Shown here one piece after another: positions 52,146 through 58,750 of a DNA stretch of 64,000 bases. How positions within the stretch are numbered: the first letter of the stretch is position 1; the number at the start of each line of letters is the position of its first letter. A program made the translations under genes and the position numbers. The stretch is from NCBI GenBank assembly GCA_963665255.1, contig OY762210.1:130866-194865 (forward strand). Reading direction: 5' to 3'. The DNA comes from Dehalococcoidia bacterium. GTDB lineage: Bacteria; Chloroflexota; Dehalococcoidia; Lucifugimonadales; UBA1123. The notes beneath the pieces are model-generated. The model made no database searches, was not told the origin of the DNA, and saw only the letters and a program-made list of their open reading frames with translations.

Positions 52146-52526
52146 ATGACACCTCAAGTTGAACAGGCTGTTGAGGAACTTCGGAACTGCTTCAGAGGTT
52201 CAGAGGTCATATCCAAGGATATTGGTGATGGAGGTGCGTTTGTCACAATCGACCCCGTCCATCTCTGTTCGGTGTATACGCCGCGAGAGACTTGGATGAA
52301 ATTCCAGATTGGCTTCCATTATCCGAAGGCAGACATCTATCCGCTGTTTATCTCCTGCGACGTCAAACGCTCTGATGGTCAGCCTTACGGGGAAGGCATA
52401 GTCAGAACGACATTTAATGGGGAGCCAGCCTTGCAGATTTCCAGGAGCAGTAATCACCTTAATCCGGACATCGACACCGCAGTGCTCAAAGTCACCAAGG
52501 TAATTCAATGGCTCAACGAGCAGTAG
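52146..52526 (+). CDS. Prokaryotic E2/UBC-like protein
   Basis: About 126 aa. ...WMKFQIGFHYPKADIYPLFISCDVKRSDGQPYGEG...ALQISRSSNHLNPDIDTAVLKVTKVIQWL resembles the UBC-fold 'YP..P.F' core. ATG lies 17 nt after the Ubl stop, behind AGGGA. Alternative GTG at 52110. Confidence 0.55.
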   Translation: MTPQVEQAVEELRNCFRGSEVISKDIGDGGAFVTIDPVHLCSVYTPRETWMKFQIGFHYPKADIYPLFISCDVKRSDGQPYGEGIVRTTFNGEPALQISRSSNHLNPDIDTAVLKVTKVIQWLNEQ

Positions 52527-53953
52527 AAGCGCCCGTCAGCCTCCGACTGCCAGTGGAGATGGCCTCAATGCTCACATCACATCTCTTTCCCGGTGATGAG
52601 GATGAGCACGGTGCCGTTGTCGGTGCCGCAGTGCTGGAAACGAGCCGGGGGTATCGACTGCTGGGCCGTCGACTCTTCCTGGCCGAAGATGGGATTGACT
52701 ACGTACCCAGCCAACACGGTTACCGGATGCTCACACCGGAATTCGTCCTTCGCTGTACCCTCGCTTGTTCAGAAGAAGGACTAGCCTACCTGGCCGTGCA
52801 CAATCACCTGGGAGATGACAAGGTTAGTTTCTCTGACACTGACATGGAATCGCACCGCAAGGGATATCCGGCACTGATAGACATTCTTGATGGCGCTCCC
52901 GCCGGAGCGCTCGTTTTTGCGCGGCGAGCCGTTGCTGGCGACGTTTGGGTATCAGCTGATCGGCAGTTGGAATTAGACTACGCTGTCATTGCTGGACGAT
53001 CCCAAAGACAACGCTACCCATCACCCCGAAAGCCTGTGGGCGCTGATGCACAATACGACCGACAAGTCCGTCTGTTTGGAGACCGGGGACAAGAGATTCT
53101 TGCTGCTCAGAAGGTCGCAATCGTAGGAGTGGGCGGGGCCGGTTCCCTGATCAACGAGCATTTAGCCCGCCTTGGTGTCGGACACATCATCGCCGTTGAC
53201 GATGACCGCCTGGATGGCACCAATAGTCCGAGAATTGTGGGAGCACGTGTCAGCGACCTGAGGCCGTGGTACCGTTTTCGACCTCTCGCTCGACTGTTGG
53301 GCTGGCAGCCCTCTCCGAAAGTGAGCATTGCCAAGCGGGTGGCAAGAGAAGCCAACCCTGGCACTCGTTATGAGGCCATAATGGGCAACGTGGTGGACCA
53401 GCGGGTGGTGAAGCGACTTCTAGACTGTGATGCCATATTCCTGGCCGCCGACAGCATGCAGGCGCGCCTTGTAGTCAACGCGATCTGTCATCAGTACCTC
53501 ATTCCGACCTGGCAAGTAGGGGCCAAGGTGGACAGCGATCCCGCAGGAGGAATACAGGATGTGTTCTCGGTGGTTCGACAGCTCGTCCCCGGGAAGACCT
53601 GTCTGTGGTGTAACGGCCTCATAAACTCTACTCGACTGGCGGAAGAGGCAGCGTCAGCACAGCAACGAGACGCGCAGCGCTACGTTGACGACGTGCCTGC
53701 TCCAAGTGTAATCACACTCAATGCCGTAGCCTCCGCCCACGCAGTGGACCAGTATCTCTTCTCAACTCTGGAACTGCAAGATACGCCCGAGGACATCCAC
53801 TGGCTGAAGTATCGGTCCGCCGACCCCTATCAGCCTTATGTCACGGTCGAAGTGCCCCGAAGCGATTCTGGCTGTTCGGAATGTCAGAGACGAATGGGGG
53901 CAGGCGACCTTATGTCGTTACCTGTGCGAGCAACTGAATCAGTTCTCCGGTAG
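52508..53953 (+). CDS. JAB/JAMM peptidase domain fused to ThiF/E1-like adenylating enzyme
   Basis: 481 aa. N-terminal JAMM elements are GDEDEHGAVVGA and HNHLGDDKVSFSDTD. The E1 Rossmann motif is QKVAIVGVGGAGSLINEHLARLGVGHIIAVDDDRLDGTNSPR. Zinc cysteines are CLWC and CSEC. The start overlaps the E2 gene by 19 nt. Confidence 0.8.
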   Translation: MAQRAVEAPVSLRLPVEMASMLTSHLFPGDEDEHGAVVGAAVLETSRGYRLLGRRLFLAEDGIDYVPSQHGYRMLTPEFVLRCTLACSEEGLAYLAVHNHLGDDKVSFSDTDMESHRKGYPALIDILDGAPAGALVFARRAVAGDVWVSADRQLELDYAVIAGRSQRQRYPSPRKPVGADAQYDRQVRLFGDRGQEILAAQKVAIVGVGGAGSLINEHLARLGVGHIIAVDDDRLDGTNSPRIVGARVSDLRPWYRFRPLARLLGWQPSPKVSIAKRVAREANPGTRYEAIMGNVVDQRVVKRLLDCDAIFLAADSMQARLVVNAICHQYLIPTWQVGAKVDSDPAGGIQDVFSVVRQLVPGKTCLWCNGLINSTRLAEEAASAQQRDAQRYVDDVPAPSVITLNAVASAHAVDQYLFSTLELQDTPEDIHWLKYRSADPYQPYVTVEVPRSDSGCSECQRRMGAGDLMSLPVRATESVLR

Positions 53954-53964
53954 GCATAGCCATA

Positions 53965-54351
53965 TCAGTCCTGTCGACCTCGGCTTGCCAATGGTTCTCG
54001 AAGCAGCGTCTCGGCGTCTATGCCGAGATGCTTGTGCAGCGCCCTGGCTATAGACATGGTGATGTCCTCCTGTCGGGACATGACTGCTGTGACTTTGGCC
54101 AAGCTGCCGATGTAGGGGACCAGGTCATGGAGGGTCAGCCCTCGCTGATCCATCTCGAACTCAATGGACGCTATGGGGTCAGAAGGCGGCCCGATGGGAT
54201 AGTGCCTGTCCTCGTAACATTCAATCAAGTCAGCGAGGATGTCTCGCTCGTCGCCTTCAGGAGTGCCAATCTTGGCCTGAAATATTTCGCTGAGTCTGGT
54301 CAGCGCGGCGTCGTAGTCTTCTTCGGTACGGATCGGGTTTACGCTGACCAT
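53965..54351 (-). CDS. HigA2-type antitoxin (HTH)
   Basis: 128 aa. MVSVNPIRTEEDYDAALTRLSEIF...ERDILADLIECYEDRHYPIG...QRGLTLHDLVPYIGSLAKVTAVMSRQEDITMSIARALHKHLG. Confidence 0.75.
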   Translation of the reverse strand: MVSVNPIRTEEDYDAALTRLSEIFQAKIGTPEGDERDILADLIECYEDRHYPIGPPSDPIASIEFEMDQRGLTLHDLVPYIGSLAKVTAVMSRQEDITMSIARALHKHLGIDAETLLREPLASRGRQD

Positions 54352-54353
54352 AT

Positions 54354-54647
54354 CTATACCTCCTCCACGTTTACAAGGTCGTATTCGGCATGGGTGCCTA
54401 TGAACCGTATGTACACATGACGGCCCGGATAGAAAATCTCGACCACCAACCGGTACTGGTTACCTTTTATTCTAAACACCACCCGATTTCTGCCGACAAT
54501 GCTAACCCGAGGCCACTGCCGCGTTACTTGGGTGGGTGTACCCCAGTCCGCTCGCCGGACTTCTCTGTACCAGTGCTCCAGTGGCTCCCGTGCGTCTGGA
54601 TGGCGTTCCCAGAACTCCCGCAGTGTTCGTTTGGCGATGACCCTCAT
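54354..54647 (-). CDS. HigB2-type mRNA interferase toxin
   Basis: 97 aa. MRVIAKRTLREFWERHPDAREPLEHWYREVRRADW...NRVVFRIKGNQYRLVVEIFYPGRHVYIRFIGTHAEYD. Confidence 0.8.
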   Translation of the reverse strand: MRVIAKRTLREFWERHPDAREPLEHWYREVRRADWGTPTQVTRQWPRVSIVGRNRVVFRIKGNQYRLVVEIFYPGRHVYIRFIGTHAEYDLVNVEEV

Positions 54648-54826
54648 ACTGGCTCATTGTACCCAAACCCCAGCCGGATCAGATTCGCTTCGATCTCGGC
54701 ATCGAGTCGCCGCGCCTCGGCCTGCTGATCACTCCACTCACCCACCAGACCGGCCATCTTCTTCCCGCGCATGGCGTCCGCCATCTGCCAGAGCTGCGTC
54801 TCGTAGCCGGTTTGAGCGGTGGTCAA
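54644..54826 (-). pseudogene. Possible collapsed remnant of a type I R-M methylase (hsdM-like N-terminus joined to a C-terminal tail)
   Basis: 60 aa. TGYETQLWQMADAMRG resembles the HsdM N-terminus (LW..AD.LRG). ...RRLDAEIEANLIRLGFGY resembles the C-terminal ends of HsdM/HsdS proteins. The methyltransferase body is absent. Confidence 0.3.
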
Positions 54827-54899
54827 TACGTGTGTCTCCTTATGTGGCTATAAATGAAGGATATGAACGGGCCAGTGGAGTGTCAACGGCGTGGGTGTG

Positions 54900-55250
54900 C
54901 GTTGCAGGGGAATTGTGGTGTGGTTGGAGACGGGGTTTTCACCCTGGATCGAGTTCTTTTCACCCTCACCCCAGCCCTCTCCCATCAAGGGAGAGGGGGT
55001 AGGTATTCACAAACCGTCATTCCGGCGAAGGCCGGAATCCAGGGGATGGGGATGTCCTTCGACAAGCTCAGGACGAACGAATTGTCGGTTTACCTACCCT
55101 TGTCAGCTCATCACTGGGGTATGTAAACCAATAGTTCGTTCGTGGACTCTGGGTTCCGGCCTCCGCCGGAACGACGGTTTGCGTAATACATACCCTTGTC
55201 AGCCTGTCAGCTTTGAGGGAGAGGTGGGTATGAACCAGGAGTTTTGCACA
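54900..55250. repeat. REP/MITE cluster (includes copy 2 of the 93-nt element at 55111-55203)
   Basis: 55111-55203 matches the reverse complement of 25160-25252 almost exactly. The cluster also holds CCCTCACCCCAGCCCTCTCCCATCAAGGGAGAGGGGG, GGTAGGTATTCACAAACCGTCATTCCGGCGAAGGCCGGAATCCAGGGG, and TCCTTCGACAAGCTCAGGACGAAC. Confidence 0.85.
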
Positions 55251-55253
55251 CGC

Positions 55254-57479
55254 TTAGACTCCCCGAGCAGGGCGCATCCAGTGGGGGGCCCACCAGTTTA
55301 GGCGGGACATTACTCGCATCAGGGCGGGCACCAGCAGTGCGCGGACGATGGTGGAGTCGACCAGGACGGCGATGGCGGTGCCGAGGCCGAGTGCCTTGAC
55401 TATCAGTATGTCGCCGGTGGCGAAGCCTGCGGAGACGACGATCAGGATGGCCGCTGCGCTGGTGATGATCCGTCCGGACCGCTCCATGCCGACGGCCACG
55501 GCGCGGGTGTTGTTGCCGGTGCGCTCGTACTCCTCCTTGACCCGGCTGAGCAGGAACACCTCGTAGTCCATACTCAGCCCAAACACGACGGAGAACACCA
55601 GTATCGGCACCGTCGCCTCGGTGGTGCCGTCTGCGGTGAAGCCGAGCACCCGCTCGAAGTTGCCCTGCTGGAACACGAACACGATCGCGCCGAAGCTCGC
55701 GAGGATGCTGAGGGCGTTGAGCACCACCGCCTTGAGGGGCAGCAGCACCGATCTGAACAGCAGCAGAAGCGCTATGTACGTGACGATCACCACGTAGATG
55801 ATCACGCGGGGGAAGTCGGAGTACATGCTGTCTACGTTGTCGAGCTGGTCTGCGGTTATTCCGGTGACGAGCACCGTCATGTCTCCACCGGGAGGGTTGG
55901 AGCGGATGTCGGACACCAGCGCCTTGGCCTCGTCTGCGGTCGGCGAATGCGCAGGCACGACCCGGATAATCTGGGTGCGGAGGTCTTTGCTGACGAGCTC
56001 GTCGAAGGCCGTCTGGGTCTCGTCGCCTGACGCGGGGGACGTGTTGGCAGGTGCGGGTTTGAAACCTGCCCCTACATCCTGTGGGTCAACCCCGTAGATG
56101 CTGTCGACTCGGACCACCCTGGGGTCGTTCTCCATGCGCTCGACGAATGCGAGGTTCGCGGCCAGGTTCTGCGGAGACAGTGTCGATGTGGGCGAGCTCT
56201 CGACGAGGACAACCTGTGCCAGCTCGCCTGGTCCGAAGCGTTCGTTGACCAGCTCTTGGCCCTGTCTCGACTCGGCCTCCTCGGGCAGAATCGACTCCCA
56301 CGGACTTCCCAGGTTTATGTTCAGGAACGGCAGTCCAAGCAGCAGCAGGAGAGCGGTGATAGGGATGATTACGGCCACCGGGTGTCGCATCACCCACTGC
56401 GACAGGTTGAACCAGAACCCTCCCCTGATTGTGCGGCGGCGCCAGATGGACAGCCTGTCGACACGGTGTCCCAGCACCGCAAACAGCGCGGGCAGCAGGG
56501 TCAGGGCTATCAGCATCGAGAGGAATATGACGGTGATGCCTCCGATTCCCAGGGAGCGCAGCATCATGAAGTCGAAGAACAGCAGTCCGGATAGCGCGAT
56601 TACGGACGTGCCGGCAGAGAACACTATCGCCTTGCCGGAGGTCTCGATTGTGGTTGTTACTGCTAGTGCGACATTGTCTACGCCCTGGAGCTCCTCTCTG
56701 AACCTGCTGACCATCAGCAGGGAGTAATCCACGGCCATGCCCAGCCCGAGGAACGACGCGATGTTCAGCACGAATATGGACATGTCTGTCGCCTGGGCGA
56801 CCAGGAACATCAGCGCGAGTGTGGTAACAACGCTCAGGGCGCCCATGGCCACCGGCAGTCCGGCGGCGACCGCGCTCCCGAACACGATCAGCAGCAGGAT
56901 GACGAGCAACGGTATGGTGATGAGCTCGGCCCGCTGGAGGTCGCGCTCGGAGTAGATGCTGAGGTCGGCGAACAGTGCGATCCCGCCCGTCACCCATACG
57001 TCCAGGTCGGTGTCGCCGAGAGAGTCCCGAATCGGCTGCGCGAGGTCGACCGCCTCATCGAGCGACACGTCGAGCTCCACGAATGCGTACGTGGTCCTGC
57101 GGTCTTCGGATACGAACGTGTCGCCCGGCGCCCCCGCATCGCCGTAGGGTGCAAGCGTGTAGAACGTGACGATGCGCGCGACCTCAGGTCTCTGCCTGAG
57201 TGGATCGACCGCACGCTCCATCTGCTCGATGTAGGCGGGATCGTCGACGTCGAGCGTGTCGCTCGAGAACACCAGGGTGACTGACGACTCGGTAAAGCGG
57301 AACCCTTCGGTCATCAGCCGCAGAGCTGCCCTGGACTCAGTGTCGAGGTCGCCGAAGCCGTGCTTGAGCTGAGAGGTCACCTGTGGGGCGAACGGGATGC
57401 TCACGAGGAACACCGCCGTCCAGCCCCCGATGACCCACCACCGGAACCTTATGACAAGGGCCGCGAGGTGGGTCAGCAC
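55254..57479 (-). CDS. MMPL/RND-superfamily transporter (second copy)
   Basis: 741 aa with duplicated MMPL halves (...GMAVDYSLLMVSRFREE... and ...GLSMDYEVFLLSRVKEE...). Confidence 0.85.
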   Translation of the reverse strand: MLTHLAALVIRFRWWVIGGWTAVFLVSIPFAPQVTSQLKHGFGDLDTESRAALRLMTEGFRFTESSVTLVFSSDTLDVDDPAYIEQMERAVDPLRQRPEVARIVTFYTLAPYGDAGAPGDTFVSEDRRTTYAFVELDVSLDEAVDLAQPIRDSLGDTDLDVWVTGGIALFADLSIYSERDLQRAELITIPLLVILLLIVFGSAVAAGLPVAMGALSVVTTLALMFLVAQATDMSIFVLNIASFLGLGMAVDYSLLMVSRFREELQGVDNVALAVTTTIETSGKAIVFSAGTSVIALSGLLFFDFMMLRSLGIGGITVIFLSMLIALTLLPALFAVLGHRVDRLSIWRRRTIRGGFWFNLSQWVMRHPVAVIIPITALLLLLGLPFLNINLGSPWESILPEEAESRQGQELVNERFGPGELAQVVLVESSPTSTLSPQNLAANLAFVERMENDPRVVRVDSIYGVDPQDVGAGFKPAPANTSPASGDETQTAFDELVSKDLRTQIIRVVPAHSPTADEAKALVSDIRSNPPGGDMTVLVTGITADQLDNVDSMYSDFPRVIIYVVIVTYIALLLLFRSVLLPLKAVVLNALSILASFGAIVFVFQQGNFERVLGFTADGTTEATVPILVFSVVFGLSMDYEVFLLSRVKEEYERTGNNTRAVAVGMERSGRIITSAAAILIVVSAGFATGDILIVKALGLGTAIAVLVDSTIVRALLVPALMRVMSRLNWWAPHWMRPARGV
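56046..56075. repeat. Degenerate GGGGCAGG-family REP unit inside the MMPL2 coding region
   Basis: ggcaggtgcgggtttgaaacctgcccctac. It is translated in frame as ...DVGAGFKPAPAN... in a periplasmic loop. Confidence 0.7.
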
Positions 57480-57505
57480 TCCGCCGGCCTCGCCGTCATC
57501 TCAGG

Positions 57506-57853
57506 CTACGCTTGCGAGATGCGCCAGTGGCCGGGACCGACTTGCACCATTTGCAATGAGTGCACCCTGCATATCGCACGAAATCGGGCAGAGTGGTTAG
57601 CTGACGTATTGGTGAGGTGGATAACAGGCGTGTCTTCGCTGCCCGGCGCCGCGTTGTCTTTAATCACATGCAGGAGCTCATCGAAGAACGATGGTGTGAC
57701 TGTCGCCATATCTGCCAGATCGATGGTCAGGCTGGTGCCCCCATTGTCGTGGGACAAGAAGGTGCTGACCATTGGGGCCAATTCGCGTGCCGTCTCCCGG
57801 GAGGAGAGCACCCGGCGTTTCTTGGTGTTGTAAAGACTGAGCACCGATTCCAT
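57506..57853 (-). CDS. STAS-like (DUF4325-type) small protein
   Basis: 115 aa. ...TSLTIDLADMATVTPSFFDELLHVI... matches the STAS-like DUF4325 core as I recall it. Lies 10 nt downstream of the GHKL gene. Confidence 0.5.
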   Translation of the reverse strand: MESVLSLYNTKKRRVLSSRETARELAPMVSTFLSHDNGGTSLTIDLADMATVTPSFFDELLHVIKDNAAPGSEDTPVIHLTNTSANHSARFRAICRVHSLQMVQVGPGHWRISQA

Positions 57854-57863
57854 GTCAAACGCC

Positions 57864-58733
57864 CTAAGCCGGTATGTTTACAGATGCCAGAGTGCCAGGG
57901 AACAGATTAGCCGATCTTGGGGAAGGTATTTTAGTCCTGCCGTCATAGTGAAGGAACGCACTGCCTGAACTGATATTCAATTCTCGGTTGGGTGGAAGGA
58001 CCAACTCAACAATGTGAGCTAGTCCCAGTCCCCGCGTGTTTCCGTGGACACTGATGTTTTCTACGAGGGCGTACTCTATTGCCTGCCAGTCGCTTTGTAC
58101 ACTTCCCGCGTGATCAGGATTCTTGAGGAGTGATGCCCTGATGCCAATCCCTCCATCAGCAATTGCACACACGAATCTTAGGTGCCCTTCAAAGGCATAG
58201 TGCTGTACGTATCCATATGCGTCGATTGGAGAGTCGGCATGTTCAACTGCATTGTTGGCCAATTCGCCGAAAACCATGTTGACGTGTTCATACACGTTCG
58301 CAGAGCTGACGTTGCTACTCATCAGGTTTTCGACTATTGCCTCTCCCAAGTCTTCAACCTGTGACATTGTAGTCAATCGTGTAAGTGGGAGCATAAGGTG
58401 ACCTTGCTGCGGCGTTGGCATACCCAAATTGTCGACCTTAATGCCAGCGTTCAGCAGAGTCTCAAACATTCCGAGTCGATTGAGATATGACGTGACTCCA
58501 ATGTCGTATGGAACCACCATCTCACAAGGAATGCCCCTCTCGGCGACTAGCAATGGATAGACCGTGCACCACAGCACTCCTGCCGGGCGAACGAACGTGC
58601 AGCGGCTTAAGTCGATTCTGACCGAGTCCCAAGGAAAGTCGTCACGACGCGGGTCGTTTATGGGGACCTGATACCCGAGCAGGTCCCCGGTGTGGTTAAA
58701 CTGGGCCTGGGCGCTGATCTCCAGCGTAGCCAT
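57864..58733 (-). CDS. GHKL-superfamily ATPase (RsbW/SpoIIAB-like anti-sigma kinase fold) with STAS-like N-terminal region
   Basis: 289 aa. N-box VFGELANNAVEH, G1 box ADGGIGI, G2 box GNTRGLGL. The N-terminal ...VRIDLSRCTFVRPAGVLW... looks STAS-like. Confidence 0.7.
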   Translation of the reverse strand: MATLEISAQAQFNHTGDLLGYQVPINDPRRDDFPWDSVRIDLSRCTFVRPAGVLWCTVYPLLVAERGIPCEMVVPYDIGVTSYLNRLGMFETLLNAGIKVDNLGMPTPQQGHLMLPLTRLTTMSQVEDLGEAIVENLMSSNVSSANVYEHVNMVFGELANNAVEHADSPIDAYGYVQHYAFEGHLRFVCAIADGGIGIRASLLKNPDHAGSVQSDWQAIEYALVENISVHGNTRGLGLAHIVELVLPPNRELNISSGSAFLHYDGRTKIPSPRSANLFPGTLASVNIPA

Positions 58734-58750
58734 CGGCGCTGCTCTGTCCT

